Part shown: in pieces, positions 18,077 to 28,442 of the stretch | How the letters are laid out: the number at the start of each line of letters is the position of its first letter | Numbering within the stretch: position 1 is the stretch's first letter | Origin: Alphaproteobacteria bacterium | GTDB taxonomy: Bacteria > Pseudomonadota > Alphaproteobacteria > CAAGCB01 > CAG-977 | Assembly: GCA_017616015.1 (NCBI GenBank) | Contig: JAFZYY010000030.1 | Span: 247,706-311,705 of the forward strand | Direction: 5' to 3' | DNA: 64,000 nt | Notes under the pieces: generated by a model | Databases searched by the model: none | What the model saw: only the letters and a program-made list of their open reading frames with translations | Told to the model about the DNA's origin: nothing | Made by a program: the position numbers and the translations under genes

Positions 18077-18637
18077 ATGACAAAATCAGATAACAAATCA
18101 AAACCTTATAAATTCAGCCAACTGGAAGACTTGTTGTCTTCTCCGTCGTTGAACGAAAAGAATACGGATATGGTGTTTCAATATACCGACAAGGATATGT
18201 TACTGGAAGTCGTCAGGGGGTATAAATTCTATTTGAAGGGAGAGGTTGATAAAATCAAACTCACTCCGGATTCCTATATCAACGGGATTGGAATTGAAAG
18301 CAATGACGAAAAAATCATGTTTGCAACCAGCAACCTGTATCGTCTGTGGAAAAAGTCACCGTATTGGCTACAGAAAAAGAACGGGAAGACGCTTTATGTC
18401 TTCGGTATCAGTTATTCCGAAAAACTGAAATCCTTTATTGTCGGCGGATACCTTGAAAACAAAAAAGGAGAAGGACGATTTGTTGTCTACCGATGGAAGC
18501 AACCTGTCAATACAATCGCGCTTCTTGCGGACGCGACAATATCGGATCACGTCCCCGACGGAGTTCGTTTAAAGAAGAATACAGCCCTCTATAGACTGTT
18601 CAACATTGCGTGCGTCAAAAAGGGTATAAGTTATTGA
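18077..18637 (+). CDS. hypothetical protein
   Basis: 186-aa ORF, 5 nt after the previous stop. Confidence 0.5.
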   Translation: MTKSDNKSKPYKFSQLEDLLSSPSLNEKNTDMVFQYTDKDMLLEVVRGYKFYLKGEVDKIKLTPDSYINGIGIESNDEKIMFATSNLYRLWKKSPYWLQKKNGKTLYVFGISYSEKLKSFIVGGYLENKKGEGRFVVYRWKQPVNTIALLADATISDHVPDGVRLKKNTALYRLFNIACVKKGISY

Positions 18638-18724
18638 AAACAAGCGATAATTTGACTTTTTGACCCATTTTTGATATAATGCACCTATCATCGAAAAATC
18701 GGTGATAGGTATTTTTTTTGGTAT

Positions 18725-19159
18725 TTGCACAATTTGGGACTGAAACAACCGCATTTTGCGGAAAGGGTACTTTTGTGCGTTTTTCAGGGGGTGGGGGTTA
18801 AAAAAATGAAGTGTCAAAACGAACGTCATTTTGACGAAAAAACGATGAAAATCAGGGGAATGAACGACCGGTTCAGGAGAACTTTCCACGGGGGAATGGT
18901 CTTGATGACATCAGGTGTATCCGCTCTTCCTTTACCGCAACAAATAACACTGATGAACCTTGTTCGAACCCTTGATACGTTTAACGACGATAACGATCCA
19001 TACGGAGAACACGATTTTGGAAAAATAGATTTCGACGAGGAGACGTATTTCTGGAAAATCGACTACTACGACGTTGATTTTGAATGTTTGTCTCCCGATC
19101 CGACGGACGAGACCGTTACCAACCGCGTTTTAACGGTGATGAGGGCTGATGAATATTAA
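18725..19159 (+). CDS. hypothetical protein, DUF3768-like
   Basis: DPYGEHDFGKIDFDEETYFWKIDYYD resembles the conserved core of DUF3768. Family assignment is from memory. True start probably downstream (MKCQNE... around 18807). Confidence 0.45.
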   Translation: MHNLGLKQPHFAERVLLCVFQGVGVKKMKCQNERHFDEKTMKIRGMNDRFRRTFHGGMVLMTSGVSALPLPQQITLMNLVRTLDTFNDDNDPYGEHDFGKIDFDEETYFWKIDYYDVDFECLSPDPTDETVTNRVLTVMRADEY

Positions 19160-19679
19160 ACCCTATAAACAAGGAAGTTTGGACAATTTCTGTTCTTTAT
19201 ACTCGTTGATTAATGCCATTCGCGCAACGGGGTTTGAGATGAATCAGGAAGACAGTCAGTTTTTATTAAATGACGCGATTGAAAGTCTTAAACCTTCCGA
19301 TTTCGTAAAGGTGATGTTGCACGGAGCCGGTCACAAACTCCTGATCAAAATATCCAAAAAGTTAAACGAGTCACTTGATCGGATATACGACCACCGGTTC
19401 ACATTGACGCAACCGTATAAACGGGAAGAACCGGAACTATCCGCGGTATTGAAAAGAATGACAGAGGCACGGTCGAAGAACACCGGAATTATCGTTCGGG
19501 TATCTTCCGATACCTTTGACCACTATTCCGTCTTTGAATGTGTGGAAAACGGTAAGGTGCGTTTTATCGACAGTGACCACATGCCGAGTTTACCCGTAAA
19601 GGAACTATCGACCGACGGAGAAAAGAAATATGAATTGCATCTTAAAAACGTTTATTTCCTGCAAATACGAAAATCTTAA
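19149..19679 (+). CDS. hypothetical protein
   Basis: 176-aa ORF overlapping the previous stop. Confidence 0.5.
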   Translation: MNIKPYKQGSLDNFCSLYSLINAIRATGFEMNQEDSQFLLNDAIESLKPSDFVKVMLHGAGHKLLIKISKKLNESLDRIYDHRFTLTQPYKREEPELSAVLKRMTEARSKNTGIIVRVSSDTFDHYSVFECVENGKVRFIDSDHMPSLPVKELSTDGEKKYELHLKNVYFLQIRKS

Positions 19680-19821
19680 TAAACATACATTAATTCATAT
19701 TCTTTTATTTTTTCGCAGAATACTGCGATTTTTTGAAATGTCAAAAATAGGGGTAAAAAGCAACATATTCATCAACGCAAACGATTTTTACGTTAATGAA
19801 GATTTTTTATGGAGGTAGATA

Positions 19822-20412
19822 ATGAAACGAGGTAAAGCCAAATTATTGACCGAAACCGACATCAAAAACTGTCTGCGGTACATCGACGATATGGAAAACG
19901 GTGAACGCAATCGCGCAATGTTTGAAATGATGTTAAACACGGCTCTGCGAATACATTCAATTCAAAAATTGACAATCGCTCAGGTCTATGACGACGACTT
20001 CAAACCGCGAGATAGTTTTCTTTTGCAGCCTGAACAGAATAAGGGACATAAGAAGTCGTTACAGGTTTACATCAACGCGACCTTGAAAAAAGAATTGATC
20101 CGATACGCAAAATATCTGATAAACGTTCTCCCTCCGAACCCGACCGATTACTTGTTCCGGTCGAATAAAGGAGGGTATCTGTCAAAACAACAAATCATCT
20201 ACACATTCCGACAGATATTCGACGGAGTGGGATTGGATAAACAATATCGGTGTCATAGCTTGCGCGCGACCACTCTGACCAAGTTGATGGACGCGGGATA
20301 CCCGTTACCCCTGATTAAAGAAATCTCCGGTCATTCGTCTATTTCAACCCTATCGATTTATTACCGTTCCAACCCGAGGAATATCATAGAAGCATTAAAG
20401 GTTATCGGGTGA
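19822..20412 (+). CDS. short tyrosine recombinase, catalytic domain only
   Basis: 196 aa. Box I TALRIHSIQKL, HSLRAT (HxxR), GHSSISTLSIYY (H...Y). No N-terminal core-binding domain. Confidence 0.65.
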   Translation: MKRGKAKLLTETDIKNCLRYIDDMENGERNRAMFEMMLNTALRIHSIQKLTIAQVYDDDFKPRDSFLLQPEQNKGHKKSLQVYINATLKKELIRYAKYLINVLPPNPTDYLFRSNKGGYLSKQQIIYTFRQIFDGVGLDKQYRCHSLRATTLTKLMDAGYPLPLIKEISGHSSISTLSIYYRSNPRNIIEALKVIG

Positions 20413-21034
20413 AAAGAATAATTGGTTTTTATCAAAAAAAACTGATAGCGTAAAGAAAAACAAGAGGTAGTTAAAATGACCGTTTCAGAGAAATCAAATG
20501 TCTGAAGAAATGCGAGAGATGTTGATTAAACTGACAAAGATATGCAATCGAGCCGCCCGCAATGCGCAGGAAGAAAACCGTCGTTTGGGAATCCCGAATG
20601 TTTACAGCATAAACGGTATTATGGTCTATGAATACAAGGGAACGATTTCTATGACCCCGCCCCCCGAATGGGAAGCTTTCAACCCTGCAGAACATGCCGG
20701 AGCTTAAAACGAAACGTTTTTCGAGTTTTTAACGGAGCATCGCAATCCGGTAAAATTCTTTACGTTTTCGGTAATTTTCCGGTAAATAGTTGCGGTGAAG
20801 ATATTGAACGATGCTGAATATGTTAGATGTCATGATTACGCCCGATATACTGAAAAAATTACAAAGCCTTGAAATCGGATACAACGAGAATCAACAAATG
20901 AAGTAAATAAGATTCGGAAACGGTCTGTTTGCCCAAAATTAAATGGGGTGTCACATCGTAGAAGTGTGACGTTGACATCTTCGTGTTTTTCGACTATTTT
21001 ATCATTGAATTAAAAATCAGTCGGATTATGAACT

Positions 21035-22252
21035 ATGTATATTCAAAGAACCATCGAAACTGCCATTAAAAGAATGAACACCTCTTTTCCCGTTGTGATG
21101 ATTACGGGGGCACGGCAGGTCGGTAAAACAACGGTTTTTAAATGCTGTGAAACTGAACGTCACTATGTTTCTTTGGATACACTGGAAAATAGAAAACTGG
21201 CTAAAGAAAATCCTCTCTTGTTTCTTCAACGGTTTGAAGCCCCCTTATTGATTGATGAGATTCAATATGCCCCCGAACTATTGCCATATATCAAGGCGAT
21301 TGTTGATGAAAAACAGGAAAAAGGGCTGTTTTGGCTTACCGGTTCGCAACAGTTTCACTTAATGAAAGGTGTTTCCGAAAGTCTGGCCGGTCGTGTCGGT
21401 GTTTTAAACTTGGAAGGTTTATCTTTACCGGAAATAGAAAAACAACCTTTCTATGATAAATTTCTGCCCACACAGGAATGGATTCTCAAACGGTCGAAAA
21501 CGGCGAGAACTCTGGATTTAAAGGAGTTGTATCAAATCATATGGAAAGGTTCATACCCCGCTTTAAATAAAGGGGATGACGTCGATTGGGAAGATTTTTA
21601 CGGTTCCTATGTGCGCACCTACATAGAACGGGATATCCGCGACTTAACCAACAGCGGAGACGAAATCCAGTTTTTAGGACTTTTAACGGCTTTGGCTGCA
21701 AGAAGCGGACAACTGCTGAATTTTTCTGATATCGCACGAGATATTGGTAAACCGGTTGCGACAGTTCAGCGTTGGGTTTCGATATTGCAAACATCCGGCT
21801 TAATTTATTTACTTTATCCGTTTTCAAAAAACATCAGCAACAGAATGACAAAGATGCCGAAAATCTATTTTATGGACACGGGGCTTGTCTGTTATTTGAC
21901 AAAGTGGAATACCCCTGAAACATTGGAAGCCGGGGCTAAAAGCGGTGAAATTCTGGAAACTTTTGTCGTTTCGGAAATTCTGAAAAGCTATCTGCATAAC
22001 GGCAGACAGCCGAACATTTCCTTTTACCGCGATAAAGATAAAAAAGAAATCGATGTCATTTTAGAAGAAAACGGCTTGGTTTATCCGATAGAAATCAAAA
22101 AGAAAACCAATCCCGACAATGGCGATATCAAAAACTTCAACGTGTTGGAAAAAGCCGGGATAAAAGTAGGTAACGGAGCTGTTGTCTGTTTGGCTTCGAC
22201 ATATTTGCCTATAACGCAAGATGTATCCATAATACCGGTATCGTATTTATAA
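21035..22252 (+). CDS. AAA ATPase with DUF4143-type C-terminal domain
   Basis: Walker A ITGARQVGKTT, Walker B LLIDEIQ. 405 aa. Confidence 0.8.
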   Translation: MYIQRTIETAIKRMNTSFPVVMITGARQVGKTTVFKCCETERHYVSLDTLENRKLAKENPLLFLQRFEAPLLIDEIQYAPELLPYIKAIVDEKQEKGLFWLTGSQQFHLMKGVSESLAGRVGVLNLEGLSLPEIEKQPFYDKFLPTQEWILKRSKTARTLDLKELYQIIWKGSYPALNKGDDVDWEDFYGSYVRTYIERDIRDLTNSGDEIQFLGLLTALAARSGQLLNFSDIARDIGKPVATVQRWVSILQTSGLIYLLYPFSKNISNRMTKMPKIYFMDTGLVCYLTKWNTPETLEAGAKSGEILETFVVSEILKSYLHNGRQPNISFYRDKDKKEIDVILEENGLVYPIEIKKKTNPDNGDIKNFNVLEKAGIKVGNGAVVCLASTYLPITQDVSIIPVSYL

Positions 22253-22378
22253 CGACAAGGGTTCAACTACGCTCTCCGCAATGCCCAGAAAAAAACATCG
22301 CTCGGTTGATTGATAAAAGGTCTTTCTATAAATCAAAAAATAAAGTATTATGATTTATAGAAAAAAGAGGAATAACGC

Positions 22379-23461
22379 ATGTGGATTTGGGAACATAAAG
22401 ACTGGCCTCATTTTATTTACGATAAAGAAGTCCTGCGCGATGCGGAACGCCTTTATTTGAAACGCGCGGGAGAATGTATCGGTTCCGTGAAGTGCTTTTC
22501 CGACACGGAACAAGAAAACTTTAAAATCGAATTGTTGACCGATGAAGCCACTCAGACTGCCAAAATAGAGGGGGAACTCCTTAATCGTGACAGTGTTCAG
22601 GTTTCGATGCGCAGACAAATGGGGTTATCTTCCGACAACAGAAAAATTCCACCGGCAGAACACGGTGTTTCTTCAATGATGATTGATTTATACAGCCATT
22701 TTGCCGAACCGTTGTCAGATCAAATGCTCTTTCATTGGCATCGCCAACTGATGAACGGACGAACGGATGCCATTCAAATCGGAGCTTATCGGACAGGAGC
22801 GGAGCCTATGCAAATTATCGCCGGTAACGTTTATGATCCGCGCGTTTATTATGAAGCTCCTCCTTCAAATCAAGTTCCCGATGAAATGCATCAATTTATA
22901 GACCTGTTTAATGATACGCTAAAAATGAATGCTTTGGAACGTGCCGGTCTAGTCCATCTGTACTTTGTTTTAATTCATCCGTTCGATGACGGGAACGGAC
23001 GTATTGCGCGTGCCTTGGCAGAAAAAGCCTTGGCTCAGGAGATCGGTCAACCGAGTTTAACAGCGTTAGCCTATACGATTGAAGCGGAAAAGAAGTCATA
23101 TTATGCCGCATTGGAACAGGTTCACGGGTTGGACATTACAAAATGGCTTGTCTATTTTGCCGAAACAGTTTTAAAAGCGCAGGAAAACACGTTAAACCGG
23201 ATACAATTCATTCTGCAAAAGACAAGATTGTATGATCGTTTGCGGGGACAACTTAATTCCAGACAGGAAAAAGTTCTTGCGCGAATGTTCCGGGAAGGAA
23301 TCAATGGTTTCAAGGGTGGTCTGAGTGCGGCTAATTATATGAAAATATCGGGAGCAAGTTCTGCAACGGCCACCCGCGATTTGAAAGATATGGTCGAAAA
23401 TGGAGCCTTGATAAAAACAGGCGAATTGCGGCATACTCGATACCATCTGAATATCAAATAA
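22379..23461 (+). CDS. Fic family protein
   Basis: 360 aa with LIHPFDDGNGRIARAL (HPFxDGNGR) and a C-terminal winged-HTH-like region. Confidence 0.85.
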   Translation: MWIWEHKDWPHFIYDKEVLRDAERLYLKRAGECIGSVKCFSDTEQENFKIELLTDEATQTAKIEGELLNRDSVQVSMRRQMGLSSDNRKIPPAEHGVSSMMIDLYSHFAEPLSDQMLFHWHRQLMNGRTDAIQIGAYRTGAEPMQIIAGNVYDPRVYYEAPPSNQVPDEMHQFIDLFNDTLKMNALERAGLVHLYFVLIHPFDDGNGRIARALAEKALAQEIGQPSLTALAYTIEAEKKSYYAALEQVHGLDITKWLVYFAETVLKAQENTLNRIQFILQKTRLYDRLRGQLNSRQEKVLARMFREGINGFKGGLSAANYMKISGASSATATRDLKDMVENGALIKTGELRHTRYHLNIK

Positions 23462-23529
23462 GTGATGACTTGGAAATAAATATCTAAAAATTCCTGAACA
23501 GGAGGTTTTAATGAAAAATACAGAGAATA

Positions 23530-24477
23530 ATGATAATACTGATATGTATTTTTCAATTCCGGATTACAGTGAAAAAATTCTTAAAAAAAAAGACTGGAAA
23601 AAAATGTTTATTTTATAGTGTACTTCCGTATTTATTTAAATATAAAACAAACAAATTGACGTTTAGAGAAATACAATTATTTTGTTACTTTCAAAAAAAA
23701 TTCTTTATAGAAAACAAAATTCAAAAAAAGTATAATTTTGATGAAACGTCTCTAAAATTAGAAAAAATACTCATAGATTTGAATGAAAAATATAGAGAGC
23801 GGTTGTATCTTAGAAAAGATCTTTATATTGAAAAACAGCATATAAAAACAACATATAAAAACAAAAAGCGCATATGCGCTTGTGGGGAAAGTAAAATAAA
23901 ATCATTAATGATTAAGAATGGTATATATTTTTATCATTTATATCTTATTGCAAGTAGTTATTTAGAACAAATTAAAGACGTTGGACATTACTCTCAAGAA
24001 AAAACTAAATGTGAAAAAAATACTACAGATAAAAAATATAGTATAGAAACAAAAACAACGAGATTCGCTGGCTCTAGCCTGAAAAAAATTTTTGATCGAA
24101 AAAACATTACAAAATTAATTCCTCTTCTATATGGAATTTTTAAAGTTTTAGAACAAAAAAAAGATAATCTTAAAATCTTTATAGAGGATAAAGAAAGAGA
24201 AGGAAATCAAACAGACACAATAATACGATCTAAAAAAACCGATAAAAGTTTAAGGGATCTATTTGCCGTTAAAAGTTGCGATGATTGCGATGCTATATAT
24301 GCGAACAAAGAATTTTTGATAGATCATATATATGAGATCATAGCTGAAACAAATAAAATAGCAGATGAATTAGAAACAAAACATTCTAATAGAACTCCCT
24401 GTAAAATTTCTTACTGGAAATTCCGTAATGAACTTCTAAAAATCTCTCCCTCAAAAAAAGAGGATAAACCCACTTAA
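23530..24477 (+). CDS. hypothetical K/I/N-rich protein in a very AT-rich segment
   Basis: 315-aa low-complexity ORF. Composition visibly lower in GC than its neighbours. Confidence 0.4.
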   Translation: MIILICIFQFRITVKKFLKKKTGKKCLFYSVLPYLFKYKTNKLTFREIQLFCYFQKKFFIENKIQKKYNFDETSLKLEKILIDLNEKYRERLYLRKDLYIEKQHIKTTYKNKKRICACGESKIKSLMIKNGIYFYHLYLIASSYLEQIKDVGHYSQEKTKCEKNTTDKKYSIETKTTRFAGSSLKKIFDRKNITKLIPLLYGIFKVLEQKKDNLKIFIEDKEREGNQTDTIIRSKKTDKSLRDLFAVKSCDDCDAIYANKEFLIDHIYEIIAETNKIADELETKHSNRTPCKISYWKFRNELLKISPSKKEDKPT

Positions 24478-24648
24478 TTTGACCTGAAATTCAGCTTATA
24501 TTCTCCTGCTTCTAGCGATTTTAAACGTTTTTTTTTAAAGAATCCCTAGCTTGAAACTATCACTGAAAATATGTCTGGCAGATCTGTTCCTGCCTTAGCC
24601 ATACAATAAACCTGTATTCGAAAAATTCTAAGTGGAAGGAGGTTTATT

Positions 24649-25368
24649 ATGGAAAGTTTCGAAACGGCGAAGGATAGAAGAACGCAGATCATCAGACAGT
24701 TGCGAAATCAATCGCGTTTTGATGAAGCGGAAGAAATTGATAACTGCTTATTGCGACATCCATGCCAACAAGCTCTTTGTCCTGTTTGTAAGTTATCTCT
24801 ACGAAAAGAATTTGGGGAAAAATTAACCTCATTTCTCCGAAATAGAGCGCGGGACTCTAATCTTTACGCCATAACTTTGATCGAAAGTGCGAATGCCGAA
24901 TTTAATGGTGATATACGCCAAGCTAAAAACACTCTGACTCAACGGTTAAGGCGATTATTCGGTAATCGCGTTATTGCCATCGGTTGCTTTGACCTGTGTC
25001 TGAATCAAGACAGCCTCAAAGAGTGGAAGCCGTTCTGGCACAAGCACTTCCATCTAATCATTATAACCAATTTAACAAAGGAGAATATTAAAATGCCTTT
25101 AAAACGGTTTTATCCGACGACGCGTCAAGTAAAGCGTCCCCTACGAATAGTCAAGGTCAGAACATTCAAACGGACTCTGACTTATGTATTGCCAGCTCCG
25201 TACTTCCCGAGAAGGGTACGTTTTCTAAACACGAAAACCACTCAAAGAAAGCCATTTCTGGCGGCAAAGGAATATCCTTTAAAAGCAAGAGAATTGGCTG
25301 AGTTGTCCGACAAAATCAAGGGCAACAAAGTGCGGGATTTTTTGTTTCAGTATGGAGTGCGCTTATGA
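24649..25368 (+). CDS. hypothetical protein, possible replication-module partner of the DUF927 gene
   Basis: 239 aa, GGAGG ribosome-binding site. Its position upstream of the DUF927-type gene is the only basis for the call. Confidence 0.45.
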   Translation: MESFETAKDRRTQIIRQLRNQSRFDEAEEIDNCLLRHPCQQALCPVCKLSLRKEFGEKLTSFLRNRARDSNLYAITLIESANAEFNGDIRQAKNTLTQRLRRLFGNRVIAIGCFDLCLNQDSLKEWKPFWHKHFHLIIITNLTKENIKMPLKRFYPTTRQVKRPLRIVKVRTFKRTLTYVLPAPYFPRRVRFLNTKTTQRKPFLAAKEYPLKARELAELSDKIKGNKVRDFLFQYGVRL

Positions 25369-25578
25369 GACGTGTCATTGACGAAAAGCAACTAAAACGT
25401 GAGTTGTTCGGTGTAACAACCCTGTTTAGAAAGAAGCTCCCCTTTAATACTGTGTTTGAAATGCAACACAGCAACCGATCCTGTGCGCACGCGCACGAGG
25501 AAAAGAAAAAGGCAAAAGGTGGGTTAAAGCAGACGGAAAGATTGAAATTTCGTCGTGCGCGTGCAGATATAACTTATT

Positions 25579-27225
25579 TTGAAAAGGAGAACGAAAATGG
25601 ATTGTAGTGTTAGTAAAAATTGGGATCTTTCATCCGAAGAAAGAAAAGTTGGCGTTATATTTACAAACGCCACAGGCATCACTATCGAAGATGAAATCTC
25701 ATCAACAGTTTTTTTGGATAACGCAAAGTTGCGAAAATATCTGTTGAAAAAAGGGGTGGATGTCGGTGATTTAGAAGACACCATTCAAGAAATGTACGAT
25801 CAATATGAAATGGCGGATCTTATATGGACTGTGGCGCAAACCGGATGGGTCTCCAAGGCTTCAACGCCTACTTTTGTGATGCAAACGGAAACGTTCGGGG
25901 ATCAAGCCTACCGATTGAAAAAAGATCCAATTTCCAAAGGGACTTTTTCCCATTGCGGAAAATTCGATATTTGGAAAACGGTGTTCGATTTGATAAAAGG
26001 CAGTCCGATTCTTGTGTATGCTATCGGAATCGCTTTGGCGGCTCTTGTAAAAAGTCTTTTAAAAATAGAAACTTCTTTCGGCTTCTATATTTACGGCAGG
26101 AGTTCAATCGGCAAAACGACATGCCTTCGGTTAGCCCAGTCGGTTCAGGATAATCCATCAAACCATAACACGTGGGACATCACAAAAGGTGGCATAGAGG
26201 AATGCTGTTTTGAGCACAATTCGTCGCTGATGATTTTGGACGAATTGCGTCAAGTATCCAACAACGACCGCAGATTATGCGAAGCAGTCCGGGATGCTAG
26301 CTACGCGATTTCGCAAGGGAAAGCCCGAAAACGTTGCCATGGATATGCCGCTCAGATGGGGTGCCCAGAAGGATCATGGAACCTTATTTGGTTGGGGTCA
26401 GGGGAGTTTTCCCTACATGAGATGGCTCGCAAACAAAACGTGGAACTATATAAAGGGCAAGAAGTCAGAATGATTGAGCTTTCAGCGTTTTATTCGAAAG
26501 AATACGGAATTTTCAAATCTCTGCCGGAAGGAGAGACAGATTCCGGAGCAGTAATAGCAAAGATTGAAACAATCATCAAAGACAACTATGGATTGTTGGC
26601 GCGGAAATGGATTAATAAAGTAACGAAATGTGCTGATTTTCAGGAAAAATTTCACGAGAAATATGACGAAACATTCAAACACATTTCAGGGCATTTCCAA
26701 TGTCAGGGAGGCTTTCTGGAAAGAACGGTCAGAAACATCTGTCTCCCACTCACAGCTCTCATTATGGCTTCTGAAATGAAGTTGGTGACGTGGACGGAAG
26801 GGGAGATTATGAAAATGGGGCGGAGTATAGCGAAAAGAGCACTTAAGAACATTGATCCGACGATCATAGAGCTAAAGGATATGAAGACATTGAAAAGCAA
26901 ACTGCGTCATTCCCCTTCCGTAGAGCTTAGTCCACGCTTATATGACAGCAAAGGCGAATTGGAGCAAAGCATTAATGACGGCGTAATTTATAAATATAAC
27001 GGCAATTTCCTGATTCCTTTCCGCGTTTTCAGTCAATGGTACGAAACAGAGGCGTATGCGAATAGCGTTGAGACTATGCTGAAACAGCAAAAGCTTGTCT
27101 TAAAAGGAAAGGAGGGGTACGAGCAATATACGCTTGGGAAGCAAAATTGCCGGATCAGGATGATGTCCATTAATCTTTCAAGTCTGAAGAAGCAGATTAA
27201 AGAGCTGGAAAAGAATCGTTTATAA
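25579..27225 (+). CDS. DUF927-type putative SF3-like helicase/replication protein
   Basis: 548 aa. Walker A GRSSIGKTT, Walker B LMILDEL. Confidence 0.6.
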   Translation: MKRRTKMDCSVSKNWDLSSEERKVGVIFTNATGITIEDEISSTVFLDNAKLRKYLLKKGVDVGDLEDTIQEMYDQYEMADLIWTVAQTGWVSKASTPTFVMQTETFGDQAYRLKKDPISKGTFSHCGKFDIWKTVFDLIKGSPILVYAIGIALAALVKSLLKIETSFGFYIYGRSSIGKTTCLRLAQSVQDNPSNHNTWDITKGGIEECCFEHNSSLMILDELRQVSNNDRRLCEAVRDASYAISQGKARKRCHGYAAQMGCPEGSWNLIWLGSGEFSLHEMARKQNVELYKGQEVRMIELSAFYSKEYGIFKSLPEGETDSGAVIAKIETIIKDNYGLLARKWINKVTKCADFQEKFHEKYDETFKHISGHFQCQGGFLERTVRNICLPLTALIMASEMKLVTWTEGEIMKMGRSIAKRALKNIDPTIIELKDMKTLKSKLRHSPSVELSPRLYDSKGELEQSINDGVIYKYNGNFLIPFRVFSQWYETEAYANSVETMLKQQKLVLKGKEGYEQYTLGKQNCRIRMMSINLSSLKKQIKELEKNRL

Positions 27226-27258
27226 TATCATTTCAGAGGAACGCTTCCTGTGGAATAC

Positions 27259-27291
27259 GGGACGGATGAGAGATTATCCGTCCCGTTTTTT
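27259..27291 (+). terminator. rho-independent terminator
   Basis: gggacggat-gagagatt-atccgtccc followed by GTTTTTT. Confidence 0.7.
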
Positions 27292-27295
27292 ATAA

Positions 27296-27321
27296 AGCGA
27301 AAACCACGCGCTAAGCGCGTG
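27296..27321 (-). terminator. probable terminator for hipA
   Basis: ccacgcgc-taa-gcgcgtgg hairpin immediately 3' of the hipA stop on the minus strand, followed by T-rich sequence. Confidence 0.4.
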
Positions 27322-27344
27322 GGTATCTATTATCCATAGCCGGT

Positions 27345-28442
27345 TTATCCTTTCTTAATCCCGAACCGTATTGCAACGGCTTTAAAATCGGCTTCCGTGA
27401 TGTTTGCGCCTTTTCCGTTGACCAGTGACGTGTGTTCGCCGTTGATACCCTCCGACGGCGTTAAATCATAGGCGGGGGACAGTTTCCATTCGCCATCTTC
27501 ATTCATAATGAAAGAAAAGTTCTTGCTGTGGTCGTCTTTGTTGCCGATCAGAACGTTGAACCGCATCAACCGGAACATCTTTTCGACTTCGCGAATGTCG
27601 CGAGTCAGAGCCTGCGTCAGTCGCAAAAGTCCGTCATAACTGATCGTACTCATCCGATGCGACGCGTGAAGCAATCCGCACGCCGTATGCGTGTGGACTT
27701 TCCCTTTTGCGCAACGGTCGAACCTTTTTACTCCGAAGTGTCCGCCACAGACTTCTGACGGGAATAAAAACGTTTCCGGCATACTGATTCCATACTCCCG
27801 TGCCTTTACGGAACAGTCGTATTCAATCCTTCCGAAGTCGGAGGGTTCCGATGACGTTGTGAACTTAATCAACCACGGAGAAAATCCTTGTCGTTCCTCT
27901 CCGTCGGGAAGGATCGTTTTTTTATCGTCGGAAACCAGAGCCAACATTTTCGGTCTTGCTCCGCAGGAAGAACCGTTCAACGTCAACAACCGGTCCAAAG
28001 CGTTACTGTCGTATCCCAGACGGATTTGTTCGGCTTCTTTGGCAAGCATATCCAAAACCAGTCCGTCCTCTTCGTTCAGAGGTTCGTCCGTTTCCGGTTC
28101 GTATTCCAACGCCCCCATACCGCGTTTTCCGACCGCACTCAACCGTTGCAAAGGCGTGATCCGCTCGACGGACATTCCCGCTTTTTGCAGTTTCCGATCC
28201 AGAAGCAACAATCCCCACCCGTCGGGCAAGCTGTCGTTAAATAAACCGAACAGTCCTTCAAAAGTACGCTTCTCATCTTCAAACACGCCGGATTTCAACG
28301 GAAGTTTAAACGGTGACAGCTCTATCCCCGTTTTGATGAATTCGGGAGCGTATTCAAAAAAAATTCGACGGTCTGTCGTGTCTTCCAACAAACCGACAAA
28401 ATACCGTTTTCCATACATATTCAGATAAACGCGCAGTTTCAT
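27345..28442 (-). CDS. hipA: HipA family serine/threonine kinase toxin
   Basis: 365 aa. VLIGNKDDHSKNFSFI catalytic motif and YDLTPSEG. Confidence 0.85.
   Translation of the reverse strand: MKLRVYLNMYGKRYFVGLLEDTTDRRIFFEYAPEFIKTGIELSPFKLPLKSGVFEDEKRTFEGLFGLFNDSLPDGWGLLLLDRKLQKAGMSVERITPLQRLSAVGKRGMGALEYEPETDEPLNEEDGLVLDMLAKEAEQIRLGYDSNALDRLLTLNGSSCGARPKMLALVSDDKKTILPDGEERQGFSPWLIKFTTSSEPSDFGRIEYDCSVKAREYGISMPETFLFPSEVCGGHFGVKRFDRCAKGKVHTHTACGLLHASHRMSTISYDGLLRLTQALTRDIREVEKMFRLMRFNVLIGNKDDHSKNFSFIMNEDGEWKLSPAYDLTPSEGINGEHTSLVNGKGANITEADFKAVAIRFGIKKG

Noticed and set aside
27691-28428. 245-aa + strand ORF opposite hipA. Related frames at 27888-28244 and 27956-28159.
   Set aside because: Antisense to a hipA gene with clear catalytic motifs. 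The S/P-rich translation is typical of a shadow frame.
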